A stretch of DNA of 64,000 nucleotides from Halothermothrix sp. (GCA_016841825.1 JAENYK010000013.1:6739-70738), one strand, 5' to 3'. Counted from the stretch's first letter, positions 35,425-45,310 are shown. The notes: generated by a model from the sequence alone, not told the origin. Numbers and translations: made by a program.

Positions 35425-36207
35425 TCAAAAATATTGCCGATACTTTTCTGGCAAATAAACTTTTCGAATTTCCTGAATATGTAATTGCAAAGATGTCCTT
35501 TCCATCCTGAGAAAAAACTTTAATCTATCTAACACCGAACTACAGAACAATAACGGATAAAAAAACAGATGAAAAGTTCGCTGACTTAAAAACAATCCAC
35601 AGATTAAAACCATACCCCAACTCATCACCTGCCAATACATCTCTTTAGTGTATACATATTGGCTAATACCCAAAATCATCTCTTTGATTAATTTAACTAT
35701 AATACCCAAATTCAACAAAACAACTACTATCACACTATCAAAATTCACCACACCACTTCTCCACATCACCAACAAAAAAACTGAACAAATAAACACCCCT
35801 TCACCAAGAAAATCTATTACCACCGGCCACTTTCTAATCGACCCACTCTGGGAATAAAGATTTATCGTCGAAATTACACCAAATAGACCAACACAAAAAA
35901 TCGCAAACCGCCACCCACCTCCTCTGAGTTCGGGAAAGGTTAACTGAAATATTATCCCACCAAAGAAAAGGATAAAAATTACTGCCTCTTTACTAAACCA
36001 CGAGCTTAATATATTTTTCACCGTTCTAAAAGTTGCCGTAGGTTTGCTTAAATGTAAACTGGCCACTCCCATAAATGCACCTCCCACCAGAAGATGCCAT
36101 AAAAGAAAAGTCAGATCACCTTGATAATTTAATCCATAACTGAAAACTACCCCCGGTATAATCAATGTAAAAATTATCAATGGAACATGATGCCAGATTT
36201 TCATCAT
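35425..36207 (-). CDS. DmsC-like membrane anchor subunit of a Mo-oxidoreductase
   Basis: 260-aa protein with about 8 TM helices. 4-nt overlap with the upstream Fe-S subunit gene. Confidence 0.5.
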   Translation of the reverse strand: MMKIWHHVPLIIFTLIIPGVVFSYGLNYQGDLTFLLWHLLVGGAFMGVASLHLSKPTATFRTVKNILSSWFSKEAVIFILFFGGIIFQLTFPELRGGGWRFAIFCVGLFGVISTINLYSQSGSIRKWPVVIDFLGEGVFICSVFLLVMWRSGVVNFDSVIVVVLLNLGIIVKLIKEMILGISQYVYTKEMYWQVMSWGMVLICGLFLSQRTFHLFFYPLLFCSSVLDRLKFFLRMERTSLQLHIQEIRKVYLPEKYRQYF

Positions 36208-36776
36208 CGCTCCCTCCTCTTTGAAAAACCCTGAACACCATCAATGCGACGTGTCCCTTTCAGCCGCAGTTTGACCTGAGTCTCATCTTCCGGAAATCCT
36301 GAAATACTGGTCAGTACATTCCCCTGAATAGAAGAGTCTAAATGCTCTACCAACTCCAGTGCCTGAGTTGGGCAAGCACTGACACAGGCAGGCTCTAAAC
36401 CACGAATTAATCGTTCTTCACACAGATCACACTTTTCTACCTTCCTCTTCTGCTTAGAATACTGAGGTGCATCATAGGGACAGACCCATAAACAATACCG
36501 ACATCCAATACATTCATTAGGATGATGGATTACAATTCCATTTCGCTTACGGTAAGCATTCACTGGACAACCTTTCAGACAGGCTGGATCTTCACAGTGA
36601 TTGCAGGCGATAGATATTCGATAAGTTGGAAATTCAGGATATAATTCAGGATTCACTATATGCAATCTGCGATATTGAATCCCGGGCAAAGTATTGTGTT
36701 CTTGTTTACAAGCTAGCACACAAGATTCACACCCAATACACCTGTCCAGATTGAATATCCAGTAATATTTACCCAT
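36204..36776 (-). CDS. 4Fe-4S ferredoxin-type electron-transfer subunit (DmsB-like)
   Basis: Four Cys clusters: CIGCESCVLAC, CNHCEDPACLKGCP, CIGCRYCLWVCP, CDLC...CVSACP. Confidence 0.85.
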   Translation of the reverse strand: MGKYYWIFNLDRCIGCESCVLACKQEHNTLPGIQYRRLHIVNPELYPEFPTYRISIACNHCEDPACLKGCPVNAYRKRNGIVIHHPNECIGCRYCLWVCPYDAPQYSKQKRKVEKCDLCEERLIRGLEPACVSACPTQALELVEHLDSSIQGNVLTSISGFPEDETQVKLRLKGTRRIDGVQGFSKRRER

Positions 36777-38772
36777 CTTTTCTCACCTCGACTAAACAAT
36801 CATGAAACGCGGTTCCGTATCCCAAATCAGTTATCCGATCTTCAGAAAGAACATCTACACTACCTCCCTCACGAAGCCACCATCCTTCTTCAATAACCAC
36901 TACGCCAGAATTAAGCCCCCAACTTATCTCCACGCTAGCGTTTATCTTACCTCGATCATTATAAATAATTATCGGATCACCATTTTTCAAACTCCGCAAT
37001 ATAGCATCATCTATATTCATTTTCAATCTCGGCCCCTGGCTGATCTCATTCAACCACCGATTAGATCTGAACTGACTATGAATCCGCCCCCTGGGATGAA
37101 TCGTTACCAGATGCAAAGGATAACGTTCATCACTTCCGTTACTTTCTACTGGTGGCCGATAATGAGGTACTCTGGTTAAGCCCCAAATTGCTTCAGCTTC
37201 ACTAGATACTAATTGAATCTTACCAGATGGAGTCTCAAATTGATAGTCACAATATACTACCGGGTTGGCCCAGGGAGCATATACTGGCCCCTGTCTCAAC
37301 ATCTCCAGGCTTAACCCTTTAGTCCTTAACTGTTTATCTAATAGTTCTTCAGTATCTTCAGGAATCCAGTGCCCATCATACCCCATGCGCAAAGCTAATT
37401 GACGATAAATCCACGGTTCCGTTTTAATTCCAGCATATGGCTCAATTAATTTATCTCTGATTTGAATATAACTATGCCAATAGCTTGTGACAACATCTGT
37501 CTGTTCAAACATTGATTTAGCTGGTAAGATCAAATCTGCCTGAGCTGCCGTATCAGTGATAAATTGGTCTACTACAACTATAAACTCCAATTTTCCAAAC
37601 CCTGCTTTTAATTTATTAACATTTGGATTAGAAACTAACGGATTACCATATTCAATCCAGGCCATCCGTAAAGCAGGATCAGTCGTCTCATGCAACCCAG
37701 AAGCCATCCGGGCTACAGGTATGGACAACCTGATCCGCTCGGGCTCTGGTGGTAAAGGTATCTCCAGATCGAATGAACTCTGTAAATTCGCATAATTCCA
37801 TCCACCTCCCGGAATACCAATATTACCTGTTAAAGCGGGAATCAGAGCCATTGCTCTTACAGTTTCACCTCCATTGGTATAGCGCTGCAATCCATAGCCA
37901 GAAATAATTCGTGCAGGCTTTATCTCTCTAAACAAATCTACCAGGGCCAGAATCTGCTCCGCTAAAATCCCAGTACCTTCAGCCCCTTTTGCCAAAGAAT
38001 ATGCTCCAATCTCTGCTTTTAACTCTGAAAATCCCTGACAATAGTTCTGAACAAACTCCCGATCATATCCACCATCTAATATCAACTCTTGAATTATCGT
38101 CAAAGCCAACAAGCCATCTGTTCCGGGGCGCGGCTGTAAAAACAGATCTGCAACCTCTGCTAATGGATTCTTGAAAGGATCAATTACTACCAACTTTGTC
38201 CCCGATTCAACAGCATCCAGAATCCAGCGGGTTTCCTGAATATTGGTGTAAGATGGGTTCTTGCCCCAGAGAATTAACAACTTTGAATTTAGAATATCTT
38301 GAGGATCGGAATGTCTATTCTCTCCATATACCAATCGCTCTCCTTCCAGGCCAGCAGACCAACAAAGATCACCATATACCCCAGTATAACCACCGTATTG
38401 ATACCAAAAAGCTTTCGCCAATTTATTCAATGCCCCAGAAGAACCACTACCAGCATAATAAAAGACAGCTTCTGGCCCACTCACTTCCCGGATCACCTTT
38501 AACTTATCTACTATCATCTCCAGAGCCTGATCCCAACTAACCTTCTCCCATTGACCTCCACCCCGTTGACCTTTTCGAACCAATGGATAAACCAATCTTT
38601 CAGGAGAATACACCTGTTCCACATATGACAACCCTTTCAAACATGGTTGACGAGTTGTTAACTGCAGAGGATCACCTTCGATTTTTGTAACTCGTCCATC
38701 TTCTACTGTAACCAATAAACTACAAGTACTGTAACAATTTCGCGGACAGGAGGTTCTATACTTTTTCCCCAT
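36769..38772 (-). CDS. Molybdopterin-dependent oxidoreductase catalytic subunit (DMSO reductase family), no Tat signal
   Basis: N-terminal Fe-S motif CPRNCYSTC right after MGKKYRTS. Typical MopB length. ATG at 38772 after GAAGGTGA (track start is 38814). Confidence 0.8.
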   Translation of the reverse strand: MGKKYRTSCPRNCYSTCSLLVTVEDGRVTKIEGDPLQLTTRQPCLKGLSYVEQVYSPERLVYPLVRKGQRGGGQWEKVSWDQALEMIVDKLKVIREVSGPEAVFYYAGSGSSGALNKLAKAFWYQYGGYTGVYGDLCWSAGLEGERLVYGENRHSDPQDILNSKLLILWGKNPSYTNIQETRWILDAVESGTKLVVIDPFKNPLAEVADLFLQPRPGTDGLLALTIIQELILDGGYDREFVQNYCQGFSELKAEIGAYSLAKGAEGTGILAEQILALVDLFREIKPARIISGYGLQRYTNGGETVRAMALIPALTGNIGIPGGGWNYANLQSSFDLEIPLPPEPERIRLSIPVARMASGLHETTDPALRMAWIEYGNPLVSNPNVNKLKAGFGKLEFIVVVDQFITDTAAQADLILPAKSMFEQTDVVTSYWHSYIQIRDKLIEPYAGIKTEPWIYRQLALRMGYDGHWIPEDTEELLDKQLRTKGLSLEMLRQGPVYAPWANPVVYCDYQFETPSGKIQLVSSEAEAIWGLTRVPHYRPPVESNGSDERYPLHLVTIHPRGRIHSQFRSNRWLNEISQGPRLKMNIDDAILRSLKNGDPIIIYNDRGKINASVEISWGLNSGVVVIEEGWWLREGGSVDVLSEDRITDLGYGTAFHDCLVEVRKDG

Positions 38773-38944
38773 ACTATCACCTTCTTTGCTTATTTCATTT
38801 ATAAATTTCTTCATAACCTGCTTAAATCCTCTAAACTATCACAAGACTACAATTAGGTTTTTTGCATATATATGGGTTGTAATTCATAGACATGTAATGT
38901 ATAATATAAGTAATACTATCTATAGATTGAAGGGGGATTTGGAA

Positions 38945-39940
38945 ATGTCAGCCGTTACTACCGTAAGTTTGCAAGAATTATTCTACCAACATTTTAATCA
39001 AGCATCAGCTCTTTTAGAGAAGAAGGAATATCACAAAGCCAATCTGTTCTTTGCCAGATCCCTGACTATTGGAGAGATTTTAAATGATCCCCAGTTAATT
39101 ATCAAATCTTTTCTAAAGATTGCTGATGTTCTTTTTGTCAGCAATAAACTACAGGACGCTTATACAGTTTATCAGGATCTGGAGGCACTTGAAACTGACA
39201 TGTCTCCTGAAGTGTACTGTCACGTGAGAAACCGTATTGGAGTTATTTTTGCTCGAACAGGTCGTTATCAGGAGGCCAAAAACATATTTGAAGATATGGT
39301 CAAACATGATGATCCTAAAGCTAAACGCCGTGCATATATTAATATGGGTATGATGTATTATTATCGACATAGTTTTTTCGAAGAGAATTGTATGGATAAA
39401 GCTATTCAAAGTTTTACTAAAGCTGACGAATTTTGCTCAGGTAAAGATGATGATCAATTAATGAAACATAGAATCCTGCGGGATATCGGTATGGCCTTTT
39501 ACGAGATGAAAGATTACACTTCTGCTTTAAGGAAATTTAAAGAGAGTTTGCTGCTAATTGAGGATAAAGTTGAATTAGCAAAAACACTGAATGAGATTGC
39601 TAAAGTGTATATTGAGTTTCATGATTATGAGCAAGCTCAGAAAAACCTCAGAGAAGCCGAGAAGATTCTCCTACATAAGAATTACCGCAATCTTGAAGAA
39701 CTATCTAGAAATATTTTTATCCATGGGTTATTATCTAAAAAACAAGGCAGAACCGAAACCGCCTTCTCTCAGTTTAAAACTGCCCTTCAGGGATTTGTCG
39801 AATCTGAAATATATCCAGAAGCGGTATTAGTTTGTCGCGAGATTTATGAGATGTATCGCGATATTAACACCGAGAGAGCAGACTTCTATATGGATCAGTA
39901 TCAGTTTTACTTAAATTACCTTGACCCAATGGTATTATAA
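38945..39940 (+). CDS. TPR-repeat protein
   Basis: Repeated 34-aa A/Y/F-patterned helices (e.g. YHKANLFFARSL, YQEAKNIFEDMV, YTSALRKFKESL). ATG at 38945 after GAAGGGGGA (track start is 38786). Confidence 0.6.
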   Translation: MSAVTTVSLQELFYQHFNQASALLEKKEYHKANLFFARSLTIGEILNDPQLIIKSFLKIADVLFVSNKLQDAYTVYQDLEALETDMSPEVYCHVRNRIGVIFARTGRYQEAKNIFEDMVKHDDPKAKRRAYINMGMMYYYRHSFFEENCMDKAIQSFTKADEFCSGKDDDQLMKHRILRDIGMAFYEMKDYTSALRKFKESLLLIEDKVELAKTLNEIAKVYIEFHDYEQAQKNLREAEKILLHKNYRNLEELSRNIFIHGLLSKKQGRTETAFSQFKTALQGFVESEIYPEAVLVCREIYEMYRDINTERADFYMDQYQFYLNYLDPMVL

Positions 39941-40039
39941 AACACTCTAAATTAAGGAGGTGTTTTCTGTGAGGAGGAATGGACCTGGTTGGGATGACTC
40001 TGACTTATAATTTAGAGTTGACTTATCAAAAAAGGCAAA

Positions 40040-40074
40040 AAGGGTTGGACTTATAAGTCCAACCCTTTTTCTTT
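40040..40074. terminator. Bidirectional rho-independent terminator
   Basis: AAGGGTTGGAC-TTATAA-GTCCAACCCTT, flanked by an A-run and a T-run, between convergent genes. Confidence 0.8.
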
Positions 40075-40083
40075 AAGCAGAAT

Positions 40084-41295
40084 TTATTCTGAAGTCGCAG
40101 CAGCTTCTTTAATTCGACCCTGCTTTATCTTTTTAATCATTTCAGGAATAATCTGATTTAAATCTCCTACCAGGCCAAAAGTTGCATGGTTAAAGATAGG
40201 TGCTTCAGGATCTTTATTAATCGCAATAATCACATCTGAAGATTTCATTCCAACCAGATGTTGTACTGCTCCAGAAATTCCACAGGCAATATAAATCTTG
40301 GGGCCTACAGTCTTACCAGTCTGACCGACCTGATGTGCATAAGGTATCCAACCATTATCCACAGCAGCTCTTGATGCACCTACAGCACCACCTAAAGCCT
40401 GTGCCAGATCAGCTATCAATTTAAAATTCCCTGGCGTTCCCACACCCCGACCGCCAGAAACGATAATATCAGCTTCTTCTATTTTAATTAGCTCAGTCAT
40501 CTCTTCAATAACTTCCAGCACTCTGGTCTTCATAGTTAGCTCACTGGTGTCAAAATCATGTTGTTGAACTTTACCCTGAAAACCATTAATTGGGGAAGCA
40601 GCATTCATCACCCGTGGACGTACAGTCGCCATCTGAGGTCGATTATTTTTACAGACGATAGTTGCCATAATGTTACCACCAAAAGCTGGTCTAGTCTGTA
40701 ACAGATTTTGGGTTTCCTGATCAATATCCAATCCCGTGCAATCTGCAGTAAGTCCAGTCTTAATTCTGGCAGCAACCCGTGGACCTAAAGAACGTCCAAT
40801 AGTAGTCGCACCTAACAAAATAATAGATGGTTGATAACTGTTAATTAGGTCAACCATTACGGAAGTATAAGATTCATCATTATAGACAGATAATTCATGC
40901 TCATCTACTAAATAAACTTTATTCACACCATATTGTAATAAATCATCTGCTGCAGCTGAAAGCTGACTGCCAATCAAAGCAACGCAGAGCTGTTCACCTA
41001 ATTTGTCAGCTAATTTTCGACCTTCACCAATAAGTTCATAAACTACAGAATTAATCTCACCATTACGCTGTTCACCAAAAACCCAGACATCTTGATAGTC
41101 TCTAAGGTTAACAGCAGCTTGCTTCTCACGCTCTATCTGAATAGCCTGCACAGGACAGACGCTTTCACAAGAACCACATAAAGTACAACTATCAGAGATT
41201 ACAGCCATGTTTTCCTTTAATTCAATCGCACCAAAAGGACATTGCTGTAGACAAATTCCACATCCAATACATGCATCAGTTACACGAATACTCAT
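40084..41295 (-). CDS. etfA: Electron transfer flavoprotein alpha subunit with N-terminal 2x[4Fe-4S] ferredoxin domain
   Basis: CIGCGICLQQCP and CTLCGSCESVCP, then the EtfA core with IYIACGISGAVQHLVGM. Confidence 0.85.
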   Translation of the reverse strand: MSIRVTDACIGCGICLQQCPFGAIELKENMAVISDSCTLCGSCESVCPVQAIQIEREKQAAVNLRDYQDVWVFGEQRNGEINSVVYELIGEGRKLADKLGEQLCVALIGSQLSAAADDLLQYGVNKVYLVDEHELSVYNDESYTSVMVDLINSYQPSIILLGATTIGRSLGPRVAARIKTGLTADCTGLDIDQETQNLLQTRPAFGGNIMATIVCKNNRPQMATVRPRVMNAASPINGFQGKVQQHDFDTSELTMKTRVLEVIEEMTELIKIEEADIIVSGGRGVGTPGNFKLIADLAQALGGAVGASRAAVDNGWIPYAHQVGQTGKTVGPKIYIACGISGAVQHLVGMKSSDVIIAINKDPEAPIFNHATFGLVGDLNQIIPEMIKKIKQGRIKEAAATSE

Positions 41296-41309
41296 GGTTT
41301 CACCTCCAA

Positions 41310-42095
41310 TTAAACAATCTGCCGCTCACGGAGCGCAGCGAATAATTTTTGTACCTGTTCTTCAGCTTTACCTCTAAAAATTTCCCCTTTTGATCCCAAT
41401 TCAGGAGTAGCAATAGTTACTACCTGGGTAGGTGATCCTTTAAGACCAATTCGAGTCTCATCCACATCCAGATCATTGGCTGTCCAGATAGGAACTTCTA
41501 TCTCCCTGGAACGTAAAATTCCCCGAATGGATGGAAATCTTGGTTCATTGATCTCTTTTACCACAGTAATCAGTGCTGGCATATCCAACTCAATTCGCTC
41601 ATAGCCACCTTCGATCATTCTTTGAACCCGTATATGCTCCCCTGTAATCTCTTCTACTGCTTTGATATAAGTGGAATGAGGAATATGCAGCCATTCAGCA
41701 ATCCCAGGGCCAACCTGTGCAGTATCACCATCAATCGCCTGCTTACCAGTAATAATCAGATCAACTTCGCCGATCTTCTCAATAGTTTTCGCCAGAGTAT
41801 AAGAAGTCGCCAGGCTATCAGCCCCTGCAAAAGCCCGATCACTGATTAGAATAACATTATCTACACCCAAAGAAACTGCTTCCTTTAATGCTTCACAGAC
41901 CTGTGGAGGTCCCATACTAATAACTGTCACACTACCACCATAAATCTCTTTTAATGCCAGACCCTCTTCAATAGCATAGACATCGTAAGGATTAATAATA
42001 CTTTTGACTCCCTCACGAATCAAAGTATTGGTCTCTTTATTGATTTTCACATCAGTAGTATCGGGGACCTGTTTGATACATACGACTATCTTCAT
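41310..42095 (-). CDS. etfB: Electron transfer flavoprotein beta subunit
   Basis: MKIVVCIKQVPDT N-terminus. 261 aa. Sits between the acyl-CoA dehydrogenase and etfA. Confidence 0.9.
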   Translation of the reverse strand: MKIVVCIKQVPDTTDVKINKETNTLIREGVKSIINPYDVYAIEEGLALKEIYGGSVTVISMGPPQVCEALKEAVSLGVDNVILISDRAFAGADSLATSYTLAKTIEKIGEVDLIITGKQAIDGDTAQVGPGIAEWLHIPHSTYIKAVEEITGEHIRVQRMIEGGYERIELDMPALITVVKEINEPRFPSIRGILRSREIEVPIWTANDLDVDETRIGLKGSPTQVVTIATPELGSKGEIFRGKAEEQVQKLFAALRERQIV

Positions 42096-42106
42096 CTCGA
42101 CCCCTC

Positions 42107-43252
42107 CTATTTATTTTTCTTCCAAAGATTTTGCGCAACAACATTGCGTTGGATCTGGTTAGTACCCTCATATATCTGCGTGATCTTGGCATCACGCATC
42201 ATTTTCTCAACCGGGTATTCTTTCATATATCCATAACCACCAAAGATCTGTACAGCATCAGTGGTAACCTTCATACAAACATCACCCGCAAAATATTTAC
42301 ACATAGCAGATTCTTTACTGATATCTTCAGCACCAGAATCAATCATTCGCGCGGTAGCATAGACCAGTGCTCTGGCAGCTTCGATCTGAGTAGCCATATC
42401 AGCTAACATATGCTGAATAACCTGAAAATTTGCAATAGGTTGTCCAAACTGTTCCCGTTCTTTAGTATATTTAAGACATGCATCAAGAGCACCTTGGGCG
42501 ATACCAACAGCCTGAGCACCTACTCCTGGACGAGTTCGATCCAATGTTCTCAACGCAACTATATAACCCATACCCGGTCTTGCCAGAATCTGATCTTTAT
42601 GAACCCGACAGTTATCAAAAATTAATTCACGGGTAGTTGACGCACGAATCCCCATTTTGTCTTCTTTCTTACCAAAAGTAAAGCCTGGAGTACCTTTCTC
42701 CACAATAAATGCAGTGGCACCTCTAGAACCTTTCTTTTTATCGGTCATGGCAATTACAGTATAAATATCTGCTTCACCACCATTGGTAATCCACTGTTTA
42801 ACACCATTTAAGATATAATAATCACCATCTCTGGTAGCAGTAGTGGTCATATTACTGGCATCACTACCTGCAGATGCCTCAGTAAGAGCAAAAGCTGCAA
42901 CTGTACCATTAGCTACTCTGGTCATGTATTCTTTCTTCTGAGCTTCGTTTCCAAAAAGCAAAATTGGCATGGATCCTAGACCAGTTGCTGCATAGCCTAA
43001 AGCAATGCCGCCACAGATCCGGCTTAGTTCTTCCGTTACGATAGCCATTTCCATAACTCCACCACCCAGACCATCATAATCTTCAGGTATGAATACTCTA
43101 AATAGATCTGATTTTGCTAAAGTTCTTACAATCTCCCAGGGAAAAGCACCAGTTTCGTCAAACTCTTTAACTACAGGAGCAATCTTTTCTTCAGCGATCC
43201 GTCTGGTTAAGTCACGGATTATTTGCTGTTTTTCTGTAAAAAAATATTCCAT
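42107..43252 (-). CDS. bcd: Acyl-CoA dehydrogenase (butyryl-CoA dehydrogenase-like)
   Basis: ALTEASAGSDAS, and C-terminal QIYEGTNQIQR. ATG at 43252 (the GTG at 43264 is also possible). Confidence 0.85.
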   Translation of the reverse strand: MEYFFTEKQQIIRDLTRRIAEEKIAPVVKEFDETGAFPWEIVRTLAKSDLFRVFIPEDYDGLGGGVMEMAIVTEELSRICGGIALGYAATGLGSMPILLFGNEAQKKEYMTRVANGTVAAFALTEASAGSDASNMTTTATRDGDYYILNGVKQWITNGGEADIYTVIAMTDKKKGSRGATAFIVEKGTPGFTFGKKEDKMGIRASTTRELIFDNCRVHKDQILARPGMGYIVALRTLDRTRPGVGAQAVGIAQGALDACLKYTKEREQFGQPIANFQVIQHMLADMATQIEAARALVYATARMIDSGAEDISKESAMCKYFAGDVCMKVTTDAVQIFGGYGYMKEYPVEKMMRDAKITQIYEGTNQIQRNVVAQNLWKKNK

Positions 43253-43657
43253 CTCTACCTTCACTCCCTATCGCAAAATTTTAAACTTTTCTTTAAAAAA
43301 ATTTTAATTCAGTATCTATTATATCGTATAAGCAAAATATATTCAACAAGAATTTATGACCTGGTACTAATTTTATGTTAATTTTTCCTGCTTGTCCAAC
43401 AAATAAATAGACAATTTTGGCAAGAACATATTAAGAGAATTTTTAAACTATTCTGTTTGTAATTATTGACATTATTATTGCTCTACAAATTTTAAAAGTC
43501 CTTTTTTCTGTGGGTTTTGCACTATTAACAATTGCTATTCCAATCGCCTGGTAGGATTTGCGGTGGATGGTTTTCTGAAATTTGCCAAAAAGAAGCGCCA
43601 TTCTGTTCCTGGTTAACTGGGATACATAAGATCTATGCACGTGTAACTCAATCTAGT

Positions 43658-43694
43658 AAAGGCCTGTGAAATTCAGAAGAGTTCACAGGCCTTT
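43658..43694 (-). terminator. Hairpin downstream of the Rpn-like gene
   Basis: 13-bp stem AAAGGCCTGTGAA/TTCACAGGCCTTT. Confidence 0.45.
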
Positions 43695-43748
43695 GTTGTT
43701 CTATTATTCTCTTTAGCGTTAGCATAGAAACCTTTAGTTTTGATCCTG

Positions 43749-44729
43749 TTAACCTTCCAAAGAATATCCTAACCGCTTAGCCAATCTTGAGATCTCTCCT
43801 GCCGATAAATCAGTAAATTTAACTATCGTTCCAACAGGCATTCCAGCCTCAATCATTCGCATGGCAATATTACGTTTACCTTCTACTATTCCTTCTTTCA
43901 CCCCTTTTAACATCCCTTCTTTTCTGCCTTCCATGATGCCTTCCCGCTTACCATCAGTAACTCCTCTGGCATACCCCTCTTTCTGCCCTTTTAACTGATA
44001 GGAAGTAACAAAACCCATTATCTTTTCACTCTCCTTTCGACCAAACTCATCCTGCAATCGCTGATCAATAATCAGCTCTTCTTCTTCAGTAAGTGTCATT
44101 CCCGAATCAAAATAAGCCATAATCAATTCAACCTTCTCGGCTGGTAGACTAAGCCTGGCGATAATTCTGAGGTGAGCCAATTTGACTTCTATCCGCTCCG
44201 GAGAACTATACTTCATTCGACTCAGCATAGCAGCGGCGATCGGATTTACACAATCTCGATAAGATTTCCAATCCTGCTTCTTCAACTGAACCTTCAAAAA
44301 CCTGAACCTTAAGGTCTTCAGAAAAGGAAATTCCATACTGTATTCATCCGTCTCCTCAACTTTCACACCAGATGAAAAGACTACTACAGAGAGAATCTTC
44401 ATGATCGGATACTTCTCGTGCAGCCGAATAAAGTAACTGAACATCTGACGATTATAATCCTTAACCCGCTGTTCCTGCCCTTCAATATGTAAGATAACCT
44501 CTCTCTTCTCACCCCGCATTCGCAGTCGATAGACAAGATCGGCAATTCTGGTGCTTAGATCACCCATAATCCGTAATTCACAGTTTTCTTCTTTAATACT
44601 ATCCTGCTCAATAAGCAGTGCTGCATCTGTAAAATACAACTCCATAAACTCTAACAAAAAAGCACCAATCAACTGTTTGAACATCCTGTCATAATCTGTA
44701 TAAGAATCTGCTGAACTATTATTCACCAT
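43749..44729 (-). CDS. Rpn-family recombination-promoting nuclease/putative transposase (PD-(D/E)xK) with DUF4351-like tail
   Basis: N-terminal YDRMFKQLI...DLVYRL...VILHIEGQ pattern. C-terminal periodic EG/KEG repeats, then MRMIEAGMPVGTIVKFTDLS. Confidence 0.55.
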   Translation of the reverse strand: MVNNSSADSYTDYDRMFKQLIGAFLLEFMELYFTDAALLIEQDSIKEENCELRIMGDLSTRIADLVYRLRMRGEKREVILHIEGQEQRVKDYNRQMFSYFIRLHEKYPIMKILSVVVFSSGVKVEETDEYSMEFPFLKTLRFRFLKVQLKKQDWKSYRDCVNPIAAAMLSRMKYSSPERIEVKLAHLRIIARLSLPAEKVELIMAYFDSGMTLTEEEELIIDQRLQDEFGRKESEKIMGFVTSYQLKGQKEGYARGVTDGKREGIMEGRKEGMLKGVKEGIVEGKRNIAMRMIEAGMPVGTIVKFTDLSAGEISRLAKRLGYSLEG

Positions 44730-45098
44730 CTACTTGCACCCCCTTATTAGAATAAGGTGGTTGGTTAGCTGAGTTGTCAAATTGAGATAAAAGGGCTGTA
44801 AAAGTAATAAGGAGTTCCGGGAAGGTTAATTTTGGCAAGATAGGCAATTACAATCGGGGTATCTAGTTATGGTGAACAGTGCGGAGGTCAAGATTTATCC
44901 TGACTGTCAATCTATAACTATACTATCATTAAAGTATTCAATTTGCAAGAGTTATTTATCAAAATTTCATAAAATTTAATATTTTGTCATAGGACAACAT
45001 TAATAACTCAAACTATTACTATATTAATTAGATAAATTACTAAAATTATAATAGACCCCTCATAAACAGTCTGTTTGTTTAAAACTATCCTGAAAAAT

Positions 45099-45213
45099 AT
45101 ATCTAAGCTCTATGACTCCCACTTCTATTAAGTGAGACCTGCCTTGTCTGCTTCAGGTGGGGTTAAATCCCCATCTGAAGCCCCGAAGTTCAGCTTTAGC
45201 TGAACGAGTTCAC
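45099..45213 (+). repeat. Intergenic three-hairpin repeat, copy 1
   Basis: Aligns over about 115 nt with the copies at 59714 and 63259: ATATCTAAG...GACTCCCACTTCTAT...CTTCAGGTGGGG...CCCCATCTGAAG...GTTCAGCTTTAGCTGAACGAGTTCAC. Confidence 0.85.
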
Positions 45214-45310
45214 GCAATTTTGACTCAGAGATTTGTCTTTCTCTTTGCATAATTTATACTTTCAATAAATAATTGTTCACATCCTGCGAAAAGCATAATT
45301 TCTGGACAGC

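Noticed and set aside
36802-38540. Five plus-strand ORFs (61-125 aa) within the Mo-oxidoreductase gene
   Set aside because: They are all antisense to an 667-aa ORF with diagnostic motifs. They have no RBSs and their translations are proline/serine-rich shadow sequence.
43443-43640. 65-aa minus-strand ORF in the bcd upstream region
   Set aside because: It has no RBS and a basic, low-complexity translation, and it lies in a promoter/terminator region. I would not call it without expression data.
43749-44729. The Rpn-like gene as an intact insertion sequence
   Set aside because: I could find no terminal inverted repeats or target-site duplications flanking it, so only the gene is called.
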